From an uncultured Actinomycetota bacterium (lineage in GTDB: Bacteria > Actinomycetota > Actinomycetes > Propionibacteriales > Nocardioidaceae): DNA of 64,000 bases. The translations under genes and the position numbers were made by a program. Each line of letters opens with the position of its first letter. Positions within the stretch are counted from its first letter, which is position 1. Shown one piece after another: positions 42,157 to 52,237 of this stretch. The DNA is taken from positions 500,279 to 564,278 of the forward strand of contig CAWGNN010000009.1 of the NCBI GenBank assembly GCA_963824105.1. The letters run 5' to 3'. The notes beneath the pieces are model-generated. The model saw only the letters and a program-made list of their open reading frames with translations, was not told the DNA's origin and did no database searches.

Positions 42157-43218
42157 TCAGCCCGTCTGGTCGAACTCGGGCGCGGACAGGGCGCGTGGGC
42201 TGAGCTCGATGGGCTCGGCCGCCGGGAGCTCGTCATCGGTGACTCCGAGCTCCTGCAGCTTGCGAGCGGTGACCATGACCCGTGACTCCAAGGACCCGAT
42301 CGCCTCGTTGTAGCTGCCCACGGCTGCCTTGAGCGAGCGCCCGAGTTTGTCCAGGTGAGCCCCCATGGTTGCCAGGCGACTGTGCAACAGCCTTGCGTGC
42401 TCGTGGATCTCCTTGGCCTGCTCGGCAAGAGTCTCCTGGGTCCACGCGTAGGCCACGGTCCGCAGCAGCGCGATCAGGGTGGTTGGCGTTGCCAGGATGA
42501 CGCGTTTGGCGGCGGCGTCGTCGAGAAGATCGGGCTCGACTTCGAGGGCGGCGGACAAGAAGGCCTCGCCTGGGACGAAGAGCACGACGAACTCCGGACT
42601 CGGGGTGAAGCTCTCCCAGTACCTCTTCTTGGCCAGCGCCTCGACATGGGTGCGCAGCTGCCGGGCGTGCCTGGTCAGGTGGTGATCGCGCTCGGAGTCC
42701 GACTGCGCGCTGGTTGCGTCGAGGAAGGCGTCGAGCGGCACCTTGGAGTCGACGACGACGTGCTTGTCGCCGGCAAGGTGGACCACCAGGTCGGGACGGA
42801 GGATCCCGTCGTCGTCGCGCGCCGAGACCTGCTCGTCGAAGTCGCACCGCTCGGTCAGGCCGGCGAGCTCGACCGCTCGGCGTAGGTGGAGCTCGCCCCA
42901 CCGGCCGCGTGTGTGCGGCTTGCGGAGCGCGGTCGCGAGGTTGGAGGTCTCCCGGCGCAGCAGCTCAGTGGAGACTCGCACGTCCTCGACCTGCTGGCGC
43001 AGCTGGCTCTGCCAGGAGATCCGGTGCTCGTCGAGCTCACGCAGGCTGGAGTGCAGCCGGTCGAGGCTGTCCTTTACCACTGCGGCGTTCGGGTCACCGG
43101 GTGGGCGTGCCGAGAGCGTGTCGGAACGGCTCCTGGCGAGCGCGGCGTACCAGCCGACGGCCCAGCCCAGTCCCAAGCCGAGGATCAGGCCACCGATCAG
43201 GACGAAGAAGATCTCCAT
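42157..43218 (-). CDS. rmuC: DNA recombination protein RmuC
   Basis: N-terminal TM helix, long coiled coil, RPDLVVHLAGDKHVVVDSKVPL nuclease-fold motif. Confidence 0.88.
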   Translation of the reverse strand: MEIFFVLIGGLILGLGLGWAVGWYAALARSRSDTLSARPPGDPNAAVVKDSLDRLHSSLRELDEHRISWQSQLRQQVEDVRVSTELLRRETSNLATALRKPHTRGRWGELHLRRAVELAGLTERCDFDEQVSARDDDGILRPDLVVHLAGDKHVVVDSKVPLDAFLDATSAQSDSERDHHLTRHARQLRTHVEALAKKRYWESFTPSPEFVVLFVPGEAFLSAALEVEPDLLDDAAAKRVILATPTTLIALLRTVAYAWTQETLAEQAKEIHEHARLLHSRLATMGAHLDKLGRSLKAAVGSYNEAIGSLESRVMVTARKLQELGVTDDELPAAEPIELSPRALSAPEFDQTG

Positions 43219-43282
43219 ACCCGGCATGGTCCATGACGCCGGGGACAATTCGGGGGAGGAGTCCCGGCCGGCTGGCTCACGG

Positions 43283-44158
43283 TCAGGGCAGGACCTTGAA
43301 GCTGGCGGCGACCTTGAGGTCTACCGACTTGTTCTTGGCCGTGAAGATGTGTTCCACCTGGCCGAAGTCGAACACGACGAAGAGGCCCTGGGCCTGGTAC
43401 CAGCGGATCTCGGTGACCCCTCCTGGGAAGGCAGGGTTGTTCGGGCAGGCGACGGCGACATCGCGCCAACTCCCGCTCGTGCTGGGGTTCAGGCTCAGCA
43501 GCTTGATCTGCGGACAGTTCGTGAAATACGCCAGGAGCTCGTCTTGCACCTCGGTGCGGTTGTGAGCCGGCGCGACCGTGATCGGCAGATAGTTCAGGAA
43601 GTACACGAAGCCCGGAGCCTCGGCCGCCCGCATCATGGCCACCGTCGTGGTCCGCTTCGTGCAGGACCTGTAGAGGGTCGCCCCGTTCGCCAGATCCTTG
43701 GCTTTGCCGAGCTGATAGCTGATCTTCTGCACCACCCAGAGCGTGCTTCCGTCCTGGGTGACCGTCGCCGGCACCACTCCGGGCACGGCTCGGTAGGTCC
43801 AGTCGCCGCTCTCCTGCCTCTTCGCGCACGGTGCTCCGTTGTAGGCGTAGACGTGTGTTGGGAAGCGAAGGGTGAACCCGACCTCGGCGTTGGTATAGGT
43901 GCTCCACCCGTCGCCGTTCTTCACGATCCCCGTCGTCGGACTCCGGGTCGCGGAGGGCGTCGAAGTCGGTTTGGGCTTCGATGTGGGCGTCGGGCTCTGG
44001 GCCGGTGAGGCGGTCTCGCTTGGCGACGACGTCACGACGCTCAGGTTGGGTGTCGGCTGTGTCGAGACGCTCTGGGTCGCCGGGGAACAGGCGGTCGTCA
44101 CCGTCAGCGCAAGAAGGACGGGGACCATGCCCACACGCAGGCCCCCCGGGCTGCTCAT
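43283..44158 (-). CDS. lipoprotein of unknown function, paralog 1
   Basis: Signal peptide with ...TTAC lipobox, Pro/Thr/Ser linker, ~200-aa domain with 4 conserved Cys. About 50% identical by eye to 44231-45073. Confidence 0.6.
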   Translation of the reverse strand: MSSPGGLRVGMVPVLLALTVTTACSPATQSVSTQPTPNLSVVTSSPSETASPAQSPTPTSKPKPTSTPSATRSPTTGIVKNGDGWSTYTNAEVGFTLRFPTHVYAYNGAPCAKRQESGDWTYRAVPGVVPATVTQDGSTLWVVQKISYQLGKAKDLANGATLYRSCTKRTTTVAMMRAAEAPGFVYFLNYLPITVAPAHNRTEVQDELLAYFTNCPQIKLLSLNPSTSGSWRDVAVACPNNPAFPGGVTEIRWYQAQGLFVVFDFGQVEHIFTAKNKSVDLKVAASFKVLP

Positions 44159-44230
44159 GGGACCATCATGGACCTTTCGGCCATGTCGTCAACCGCCAGC
44201 GGACAGATAGTTCGGGCCGGGGCGGACTCC

Positions 44231-45073
44231 TCAGGCCAGGGGAGCGAAGCTGGCAGCGATCTTGTTGTCGGCCGGTCGCTGTCGCGCGTCGTAGATCTGG
44301 ATCGCCTGGCCGAACCAGAACATCACGAAGAGGCTGTGGGCCTGGTACAGGCGGGCGTCGTAGGCGTAGTTGAAGAACATCTGGTCCTCGGGACAGCTGA
44401 AGAGGACCTTGCGCCACGGCCCTGAAGGGCTGTGGACCATGCTCGCCACCGTCACCGAGGCGCAGTGGTCGAAGGTCGTGACGGCGAAGCTCTTGACGTC
44501 GGCCCTGGTGCTTGCCTGGACGACGGAGATCGGGAGCACCGCGAGAAGGTAGTCCGACGTCCCGGATACGTAGGCCCGGATCATCTTCACGGTCGTCACC
44601 GTCTTCGTGCAGGCCTTGTACTTCGTGGTGCCGTCGGCCATCTGCTGGGCATCGCCCAGCTGGTAGCTGATCTTCTGCGTCACATAGAAGCTGTCCCGGT
44701 CCTGGATCACGGTGGCCGGGACAACGCCGGACGAGGGCCGATAGCTCCAGCCTCCCGACTCTTGGTTCTTGGTGCAGGGAGCGCCGAGTCCGGCGTAGAT
44801 CCGGGTCGGGAAGCGGAAACTGAACCCGAGCTCGGCGTTGGTGTAGGTGCTCCAGCCGTCTGAGTCCTTCACGATCCCGGTGGTCGGTGGCGCCTCGGTC
44901 GGGGTGCCAGTGGGCGTGACAGCGGGTGAGGTGGTCCCCGTGGTCGGTGCGGTGGTGCTGGCGCTCGGTTGGTTCGAAGCGCTCGGCGTGCCCGTTGAGC
45001 AGGCTGCAGTGGCCGCCGTGACGACGGCGAGGAGTGCGACGCTCCACCGGCGCAGTGGCTTGCTGCCGGTCAT
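44231..45073 (-). CDS. lipoprotein of unknown function, paralog 2
   Basis: Signal peptide ...ATAAC, PT-rich linker, shared blocks TTGIVK(D/N)(S/G)DGWSTYTNAE(L/V)GF, GAPC(T/A)K, QKISYQLG. Start at MTGSKP. Confidence 0.6.
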   Translation of the reverse strand: MTGSKPLRRWSVALLAVVTAATAACSTGTPSASNQPSASTTAPTTGTTSPAVTPTGTPTEAPPTTGIVKDSDGWSTYTNAELGFSFRFPTRIYAGLGAPCTKNQESGGWSYRPSSGVVPATVIQDRDSFYVTQKISYQLGDAQQMADGTTKYKACTKTVTTVKMIRAYVSGTSDYLLAVLPISVVQASTRADVKSFAVTTFDHCASVTVASMVHSPSGPWRKVLFSCPEDQMFFNYAYDARLYQAHSLFVMFWFGQAIQIYDARQRPADNKIAASFAPLA

Positions 45074-45149
45074 GCCCCCATCGTCACCCCACCGGCCGTC
45101 GGCGGGAGCGGTCCTCCGGCCCCTCACGACGGGACTGTTGGCTGCCAGA

Positions 45150-47813
45150 TCAGCCTGGAGCGGTCCCCTGGTCCACGACCACGCAGAGGGGAGTGCGCTC
45201 GCTGCCCTGGCCGAGCGGGTTGTCCTTGAAGGCGCCGACGAGCGCGCTGCCGTCCAGCCCCGGGCTGACCCCCAGGACGGTCTGGCCGAGGTCGTTGGCG
45301 TCGATCACCACCACCCCCTGGAAGTTCGTCGCCGTCCCCGCCGGAAGGGTCTGCCGAATCCGGGCGGTGAGCTCCTCGGCCACCTTGTCGGGCTCCGCGG
45401 GAGGCAGCTTCGCCGACACGTTCGACGGATACACCGAGTACTCCGTTGGGCCGTCGATGGCGTTCACGTCGGAGCCGACCAGCCGGTAGAAGAGCCCGCG
45501 CTTGCCGACCAGCTTGCCGACCACCGATCCGGCTGAGGCGAACAGGACCCGGGGAAGACCCACGTGCCTGATGGCGAGCTCCATGGTCCACGGGCTGCCC
45601 AGGCCGATCCCGTGCGGAGTGCGCACGACGAACCGACTCAGCAACTTGGCCCAGGTCGACGGTTTGATGTCCCAGACGAAATAGGCGCGGCCCTGGGTGA
45701 TGGCGACGATCTTCTCGCTGATGAACACGTACCAGGGGGAGTCGAGGGTTCCGGGAGGTGCGGCGGCGACGAACCGCGACGTCCGGTCGGTGACGAATCT
45801 GGTGAGATCGACATCGTCGCGGACCGCGTCGGTCTGGAGTGGGTACCGGAGGTAGGTCCGGCCCTCGGTCTCGATCGCGATCTGCTTGCCCGGGTTCGGC
45901 TCGGTGTCCGGCTTCGGGGGCCGCTCCTCGTCGGCCTCGGCGTGGGCTCCGACAGGTTGGTCGATGAACTCGCGCAGCCACAGCTCGACGTTGAGCAGTC
46001 GCCAGAACGTCATGGTCCCGGTGGCGCTGCGTCCGTGCATGAAGTCCTGGAAGGCACCGACCACCGCGCCGGCGTTGAAGTACGGCCGGCCCGCGAAACT
46101 GGGCGAGGTGAAGACCTCGTAGAAGGAGTCCTTGGTCTGGTTGAACCATTCGGTCTCGGGAGTCGTGAAGCCGATCTTGTTGCGCCGCTTGCGGACGTCG
46201 TCGGGCACGAGACCGGCGGTCGCCTCGCGCAGGATGCGCTTGTTCCAACTGCCGTGGATGATCGCGGTGTCGTCGAGGCCGAAGACGTAGCTGACCACGT
46301 CCTTGTCGAGGAACGGCACCCTGCCCTCGATGCTGAACCGCATGCTGTTCTTGTCCTCGTAGCGCAGCAGCGCCGGAAGGCTGTTGTGGAAGATGTCCTC
46401 GACGAACCGCTTCTTCAAGTCGTCCTGGACGACGGGGAAGCGCTCGTCGACGTACGCCTGCTTGAAATCGGCTCGCAGCAGGTCGGCCGCTGGGATCTCA
46501 CGACGGAACTTCAGCTTGTCGACGATCCGGAAGCGCAGCAGCCGGAAGATCACGTCGCTGGACCGAAGCGCCTCCACGGCGAGCCGAAGCCACCGCCCCT
46601 CGCGCCTGAGCTGTCGCCAGTAGACCAGGTAGTACGGCGGGTAGCCGGCCAGCATCTCGTCGGCGCCCTGGCCGTCGAGCACCACGGTGACGTGTTTGGC
46701 AGCCTCCTCCATCACCTTGTACTGGGCGTAGGGGCCGGTGCTGATCGTCGGCTCCTCCTGGGTCCGCACGAAGTCGGTCAGGTCGTCGAGGAACGACGCG
46801 GGGGTGGGGTGGATCTTGTGGACGTCCACGTGGCCGGCGCAGGTGGCCAGCACCTCGTCGACGTACTTCTCCTCGTCGTTGATCGACCCGGGGAAGACCG
46901 CGGAGAAGGTGTTCTGCAGGGTGCCGACGGACGAAGCCTCACTGTCCTCGGCGTTGATCAGGTTGTTGATGGTGAGCGCGATGGTCGAGGAGTCCATGCC
47001 GCCGGAGACACAGCTGCCGACGGGCACCTCACTGACCAGTCGGGCCCGGATCGACTGGGTCAGCATCTCCGCATAGGTCCGGGTCGCCGAGTCGCTGTAG
47101 GCGCGGTGTTCGCGGGCCCGCTGGAGCAGGTCGTCGGGCAGGTTGGAGAAGCGCTCCACGCGCATCCCGGCAGGGCCGACCGTCATCAGCTCACCTGGCA
47201 TCAGCTTGAAGACGTCCTTGAAGAACGTCTCCGGGGAGTCCTCGTGGGCCCGGAACCGCAGATAGCGGTAGATCTGGCGGTCGTTCGGCTCGGGGGTGAA
47301 TGCGCCCGTCGCCAGCAGCGCCTTGATCTCGGACGCGAACAGCAGCTTCGGCCGGTCCGGTGTTCCGAGGTTGATGTAATAGAGCGGCTTGATGCCGAAA
47401 TGGTCCCGGGCCAGGGTCAGTTCAGCGCTGCCCTCCTCGTACACCGCGAGCCCGAACATGCCGTTGATCCGGTCGAGCCCGTGGGCACCCCACGCCCGGA
47501 ACGTCTGGAGCACCACTTCGGTGTCTGTGTCGTTGGTGAACCCGTAGCCGAGAGCGCGTAGCTCCTCGCGCAGCTCCCGGTAGTTGTAGGCCTCGCCGTT
47601 GTAGGCGATGACGTGGGTGCGCTCGGCGTTCGACATCGGCTGCGCGCCGTGGTCCCGGTCGATGATCGCCAGGCTGCGGTGAGCGAGCCCGACATCGTCC
47701 TGCGCGTAGACGCCTTCACCGTCCGGGCCCCGGTGCTCCTGGGCGTTGTTCATGATCTCCAGGAGGCGTCGGGTGTCGGGGCCGAAGCCCACGCAGCCTG
47801 CTATTCCGCACAT
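45150..47813 (-). CDS. glutamine-hydrolysing asparagine synthetase (AsnB family) fused to a C-terminal CofE / F420-0:gamma-glutamyl-ligase-like domain
   Basis: MCGIAG Ntn nucleophile, SGGMDSS PP-loop. The last ~246 aa (45153-45890) show ISEKIVAITQGR, LPPAEPDKVAEELTARIRQ, GVVVIDANDLG, NPLGQGSERTPLCVV, resembling the CofE blocks ISKAEGR, LPPxDPDxSA..LR, GVIITDTNGR, LMGEG..GiPvVVV. Confidence 0.75.
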   Translation of the reverse strand: MCGIAGCVGFGPDTRRLLEIMNNAQEHRGPDGEGVYAQDDVGLAHRSLAIIDRDHGAQPMSNAERTHVIAYNGEAYNYRELREELRALGYGFTNDTDTEVVLQTFRAWGAHGLDRINGMFGLAVYEEGSAELTLARDHFGIKPLYYINLGTPDRPKLLFASEIKALLATGAFTPEPNDRQIYRYLRFRAHEDSPETFFKDVFKLMPGELMTVGPAGMRVERFSNLPDDLLQRAREHRAYSDSATRTYAEMLTQSIRARLVSEVPVGSCVSGGMDSSTIALTINNLINAEDSEASSVGTLQNTFSAVFPGSINDEEKYVDEVLATCAGHVDVHKIHPTPASFLDDLTDFVRTQEEPTISTGPYAQYKVMEEAAKHVTVVLDGQGADEMLAGYPPYYLVYWRQLRREGRWLRLAVEALRSSDVIFRLLRFRIVDKLKFRREIPAADLLRADFKQAYVDERFPVVQDDLKKRFVEDIFHNSLPALLRYEDKNSMRFSIEGRVPFLDKDVVSYVFGLDDTAIIHGSWNKRILREATAGLVPDDVRKRRNKIGFTTPETEWFNQTKDSFYEVFTSPSFAGRPYFNAGAVVGAFQDFMHGRSATGTMTFWRLLNVELWLREFIDQPVGAHAEADEERPPKPDTEPNPGKQIAIETEGRTYLRYPLQTDAVRDDVDLTRFVTDRTSRFVAAAPPGTLDSPWYVFISEKIVAITQGRAYFVWDIKPSTWAKLLSRFVVRTPHGIGLGSPWTMELAIRHVGLPRVLFASAGSVVGKLVGKRGLFYRLVGSDVNAIDGPTEYSVYPSNVSAKLPPAEPDKVAEELTARIRQTLPAGTATNFQGVVVIDANDLGQTVLGVSPGLDGSALVGAFKDNPLGQGSERTPLCVVVDQGTAPG

Positions 47814-47903
47814 GCGGCACGTCCCCTTGCTTGATTCTGAACCGTCGTCCGTGCCCGTTTCCGGCGGGCCCGTATCAGGCTCATGCTAGGAGGAGGGCCG
47901 CAT

Positions 47904-48635
47904 TCAGCGCTGGTCGGCACCCTTGGGCGGCTTGAGGACCGCGAACGGGTCGGTCACCTCGAGGGTCCGGTCGCGGAACCGATAGAGCGCGGCGGGCCGC
48001 CCCCCGCCCGGGCCGGGGGCACTGCGCACGCCGGTGGGCTCGATCATTCCGCGCCGGGTCATCACGCGGTGCAGGTTGGTCGGGTCCACGTCGTACCCGA
48101 GCGCGGCACTGACCACCTCGCGCAGGCGCTGCATGGTGAACTCGCTGGGCGCGAGGGCGAAGCCGATGTTGGTGTAGCTGAGCTTGGCGCGGAGCCGCTC
48201 GGCGGCCGCGTCGACGAAGTAGTGGTGGTCGAACGCCAACGAGGGAAGCTCGGCTACGGGGAACCAGGCGGTGTCCTCGGGCAGCTCGGGCTCGGAGTCG
48301 GGGGGCACCAGGGCCAGGTAGCCGGTGGCGAGCACCCGCCCGCGCGGATCGCGCTCCACCCGGCTGTGGGTGGCCACCTGCTCCAGCCAGCTGATCTCCC
48401 GGACGTCGACCTTGGTGGCGAGGTGGTCGTGGACCGCGTCTCGGAGCCGTTGATCGGCCCGAACGCCACCTCCGGGGAGCGCCCAGTGACCGGCGTAGGG
48501 CTCCCGCTCGCGTTGCCAGAGCAGGACGCAGAGGGTGTCTTCACGGACGGAGAGGACCACGGCGAGCACCTCGTGCGGATAGGCCGGGAAAGGGGGCTTG
48601 GCGTGATCCACGATCTTGATGCTAGCCTGTCTCAT
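47904..48635 (-). CDS. nrtR: Nudix-related transcriptional regulator NrtR (Nudix + wHTH)
   Basis: Nudix-like box [24 protein letters not shown] plus a C-terminal winged helix. Divergent from nadABC. Start at MRQASI. Confidence 0.75.
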   Translation of the reverse strand: MRQASIKIVDHAKPPFPAYPHEVLAVVLSVREDTLCVLLWQREREPYAGHWALPGGGVRADQRLRDAVHDHLATKVDVREISWLEQVATHSRVERDPRGRVLATGYLALVPPDSEPELPEDTAWFPVAELPSLAFDHHYFVDAAAERLRAKLSYTNIGFALAPSEFTMQRLREVVSAALGYDVDPTNLHRVMTRRGMIEPTGVRSAPGPGGGRPAALYRFRDRTLEVTDPFAVLKPPKGADQR

Positions 48636-48642
48636 GAGGTTA

Positions 48643-48677
48643 TCGACTCCTAGTCGAAAACGAGCAGAGTCGAAAAC
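48643..48677. promoter_or_regulatory. candidate NrtR operator region in the nrtR-nadA intergenic space
   Basis: Palindrome TCGACT-cct-AGTCGA (48643-48657) and direct repeat AGTCGAAAAC at 48652-48661 and 48668-48677. Confidence 0.4.
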
Positions 48678-48702
48678 CGACGGAAGAGAACAGGCGGTAC
48701 TC

Positions 48703-49716
48703 ATGACTTCCTCGACCATGGTCGCCGGCGCGCTGCCCACCGTTCCCGAGCCGCTGCCGGAGGACTGGCCCGACGAGGTGCGACGGCTGGCCCGCGAGCG
48801 CAACGCCGTGGTGCTCGCCCACAACTACATGCCGGCCGAGATCCAGGACGTCGCCGATGTCGTCGGCGACTCGCTCGCGCTGGCGCGCTATGCCGCGGCG
48901 ACCGACGCGGAGACGATCGTGCTGTGCGGCGTCTCCTTCATGGCCGAGACCGCCAAGATCCTCAACCCTGACAAGACTGTGCTCGTCCCAGCAGTCGAGG
49001 CGGGTTGCTCGCTCTCCGACACCATCGACGCGCCGGCTCTGCGCGCCTGGAAGGCGGACAACCCCGGGGCGGTCGTGGTCGCCTACGTCAACACCAGCGC
49101 CGAGGTGAAGGCCGAGTCCGACGTCTGCTGCACCTCCTCGAACGCGGTGGAGATCGTCGAGTCGATCCCGGCCGACACACCGGTGCTCTTCCTCCCCGAC
49201 CAGTTCCTCGGCGCCCATGTGCGGCGGGAGACCGGCCGGGAGAACATCAAGGTCTGGTCGGGGGAGTGCCACGTACACGCCGCGATCACCGCCGCCGATG
49301 TCCGGCGGCAGGTGGCCGAGCACCCGGACGCCGAGCTGCTGGTCCACCCCGAGTGCGGCTGCGCGACCTCGGCGTTGTGGCTGGCCGGCGAGGGGGTCAT
49401 GCCCGCGGAGCGCACCAAGATCCTGTCGACCAGCGGGATGGTCGGCGCCGCCCAGCAGACCACGGCGTCGACGGTGCTGGTGGCCACCGAGATCGGGATG
49501 CTGCACCAGCTCCGCAAGGTCAACAAGGACACGACCTTCCTGCCGATGAACGCCGAGGCCTCCTGCCCGTACATGAAGATGACCACCCCCGAGCGGCTGC
49601 TGAGCTGCCTGCGCGAAGGGAGCGGCGAGGTGACCGTCGAGCCGGAGATCGCGGCCCGGGCCCGACACGCCGTGGAAGCGATGGTCGCCGTGGGCCAGCC
49701 CGGGGGCGGGGAATGA
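48703..49716 (+). CDS. nadA: quinolinate synthase
   Basis: [23 protein letters not shown] and CPYMK cluster ligands. Confidence 0.93.
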   Translation: MTSSTMVAGALPTVPEPLPEDWPDEVRRLARERNAVVLAHNYMPAEIQDVADVVGDSLALARYAAATDAETIVLCGVSFMAETAKILNPDKTVLVPAVEAGCSLSDTIDAPALRAWKADNPGAVVVAYVNTSAEVKAESDVCCTSSNAVEIVESIPADTPVLFLPDQFLGAHVRRETGRENIKVWSGECHVHAAITAADVRRQVAEHPDAELLVHPECGCATSALWLAGEGVMPAERTKILSTSGMVGAAQQTTASTVLVATEIGMLHQLRKVNKDTTFLPMNAEASCPYMKMTTPERLLSCLREGSGEVTVEPEIAARARHAVEAMVAVGQPGGGE

Positions 49717-51305
49717 GTGCCCCGCGTCCGAAGGCGAGCGGCGACCCGGTCGACCGCTACGACGTCGATGTGGTGGTCGTCGGCAGCGGCGTCGCCGGCC
49801 TGGCCACGGCCATCGGGCTGGCCGGGACGCGCGACGTGCTCGTGGTCTCGGACGGGGACGGATCGACCCGCTGGGCGCAGGGAGGCATCGCCGCCGCGTT
49901 CGGTGACGACGACCCCGAGGAGCACGCACAGGACTCCCAGGCCGCGGGCAGTGGCCTGTGCGACGTACGCGCCCTGCGGCGGCTCGTCGAGGAGGGGCCG
50001 CTCCGTCTCGCCGAGCTGATCGCGGCAGGTGCCGAGCTGGACCGGGCCGAGGACGGCTCGTTGGCCCGGACCCGCGAGGGCGGCCACCGCTACCGCCGGG
50101 TCGTGCACTCCGGTGGTGACGCGACCGGCGCCGAGGTGCGACGCGCGCTTCTCGCCCGTGCCGACGAGCTCGACATCGCTCGACTGGAGCCGGCCCGGGT
50201 CACCGCGCTCACCCGGGTGATGACCGACAGCGGTCCCCGGGTGACGGGGTTGCGAGCCGACGGCCCACACGGCCCGGTCCGCGTGCGCGCCCGCGCCGTG
50301 GTACTCGCCACCGGGGGCATCGGGCACGTCTACGGAGCGACCACCAACCCCGAGGGCGTTCGCGGCGAGGGACTGGCCCTGGCGCTGAAGGCCGGCGCGA
50401 CTCTCACCGATCTGGAGTTCGTGCAGTTCCACCCGACCGCCCTCGCGGTGCCCGCTGCGGGCGGCCAGCTCCCGCTGGTCACCGAGGCGCTCCGCGGCGA
50501 GGGGGCGATCCTCCGCGACGACCGGGGCGAGCCCCTGATGCGGGGCGTCCACCCACTGCTCGACCTGGCGCCGCGTGACGTGGTGGCCGCTGCCGTGCAC
50601 CGGACGATGGTCGACCGAGGGCTGGACAACGTGTGGCTGGACGCCCGTCGGGTGCCCGACGTACGGCGACGCTTCCCGACCGTGGCGGCGGCGTGCGCGA
50701 CGGCAGGCATCGACCCGGTCCGGGATCTGATCCCGGTCCGCCCCGCGGCGCACTTCCTCTGCGGTGGTGTGGAGGCCGACGGCTGGGGCGCCTCCGACGT
50801 CGCCGGGCTCTACGCCGTCGGCGAGGTCGCCGATACCGGCGTCCACGGCGCCAACCGGCTGGCCTCCAACAGCTTGCTGGAGGGACTCGTCTACGGCGCG
50901 CGCGTCGCGGCCGGGCTCATCCTCGACCTGCCGCCGGCCCGGACAGCCCACCAGCGTTCGCTGCCCGATGCGATGCTCTGCGACGACCCGGCGCTCGCGG
51001 CCCGAGCCCGGACGCTGATGGACCGCCACGCCGGCATCGTCCGCGACGCCGAGGGGCTGGACAAGGCGTTCGAGCAGCTGCGCCAAGGAGCGGGGCGGGA
51101 CACGACCTGTCTGGTCGCAGCGGCGGTCGTCGCCGCGGCAGCAACCCGAACGACCAGCGTCGGCTGCCACCTGCGGGCGGACTCGCCCGAGCACACCTTC
51201 GCCCGGCCGGGCCGGGTCGAGGTGCGGCTGGACGACGACGGGGTTCCCAATGCCCTGATGCGGGGCGATGCGGAGCTGCCGCTGGCGATGGGTGTCGTCC
51301 GGTGA
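49713..51305 (+). CDS. nadB: L-aspartate oxidase
   Basis: [14 protein letters not shown] motif, [27 protein letters not shown] overlap with nadA. Confidence 0.93.
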   Translation: MSAPRPKASGDPVDRYDVDVVVVGSGVAGLATAIGLAGTRDVLVVSDGDGSTRWAQGGIAAAFGDDDPEEHAQDSQAAGSGLCDVRALRRLVEEGPLRLAELIAAGAELDRAEDGSLARTREGGHRYRRVVHSGGDATGAEVRRALLARADELDIARLEPARVTALTRVMTDSGPRVTGLRADGPHGPVRVRARAVVLATGGIGHVYGATTNPEGVRGEGLALALKAGATLTDLEFVQFHPTALAVPAAGGQLPLVTEALRGEGAILRDDRGEPLMRGVHPLLDLAPRDVVAAAVHRTMVDRGLDNVWLDARRVPDVRRRFPTVAAACATAGIDPVRDLIPVRPAAHFLCGGVEADGWGASDVAGLYAVGEVADTGVHGANRLASNSLLEGLVYGARVAAGLILDLPPARTAHQRSLPDAMLCDDPALAARARTLMDRHAGIVRDAEGLDKAFEQLRQGAGRDTTCLVAAAVVAAAATRTTSVGCHLRADSPEHTFARPGRVEVRLDDDGVPNALMRGDAELPLAMGVVR

Positions 51306-52234
51306 CCGCGACGTTCACACGCCACGGCCTCTCCGAGGTCACCGGCGCCGCGCTGGCCTCGGCCGGACTCGAGCCGGAGGAGATCCTCGGGCTGCTCCGC
51401 GCTGCCCTGGCGGAGGACCTCGGGGACCGAGGCGATCTCACGTCCCAGGCGACCGTCCCCGCCGACGCCCGCGTAGCGGTCTGCTTCACCGCCCGGCAGC
51501 CCGGCGTGGTCTGCGGGCTGTGGGTGGTCGCCGCGCTGGTCGACGACCTCCTCGGCACCGACGCGATCTACACGCCGCTGGTGGCCGATGGCGATCGGGT
51601 AGCCGCAGGGGAGCGGCTCACCACGCTGGAGGCACCCGCCCGCGCCGTCCTCGCGCTGGAGCGCACCGCACTCAACCTGCTCTGCCACCTGTCGGGCGTC
51701 GCCACCGCCACGCGTGCCTGGGCCGACGCGCTCGAGGGGACGGGTGCCGTGGTGCGGGACACCCGCAAGACGCTCCCGCTCCTGCGGTCCCTGGAGAAGT
51801 ACGCCGTGCGCTGCGGCGGCGGGACCAACCACCGCGCCGGCCTCTATGACGCGGTCCTGATCAAGGACAACCACGTGGCCGTCGCCGGGGGAGTCGGCAA
51901 GGCGCTGGACGCCGTCCGAGCCGCGCACCCCGAGGGGGACCTTGTCGTGCAGGTCGAGGTCGACTCCCTCGACCAGCTCGACGAGGCGCTCGACCACGGT
52001 GCCGGGCAGATCCTTCTCGACAACTTCTCGGTTGCACAGCTGCGCGAAGCCGTCAGGCACATGGGCGACAGGGGGGCGAAGGCGCTCCTGGAGGCCAGCG
52101 GCGGCCTGCGTCTGGAGAACGCCAGAGAGGTCGGCCTGACCGGCGTCGACTTCCTCGCCGTCGGGGCGCTGACCCACTCGGTGGTCGCCCTCGACATCGG
52201 CCTGGACGCCGAGGATCATTCCCCTCCGCACTAG
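51302..52234 (+). CDS. nadC: nicotinate-nucleotide diphosphorylase (carboxylating)
   Basis: RKTLPLLRSLEKYAVRCGGGTNHRAGLYDAVLIKDNH. GTGA overlap with nadB. Confidence 0.93.
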   Translation: MTATFTRHGLSEVTGAALASAGLEPEEILGLLRAALAEDLGDRGDLTSQATVPADARVAVCFTARQPGVVCGLWVVAALVDDLLGTDAIYTPLVADGDRVAAGERLTTLEAPARAVLALERTALNLLCHLSGVATATRAWADALEGTGAVVRDTRKTLPLLRSLEKYAVRCGGGTNHRAGLYDAVLIKDNHVAVAGGVGKALDAVRAAHPEGDLVVQVEVDSLDQLDEALDHGAGQILLDNFSVAQLREAVRHMGDRGAKALLEASGGLRLENAREVGLTGVDFLAVGALTHSVVALDIGLDAEDHSPPH

Positions 52235-52237
52235 GGA

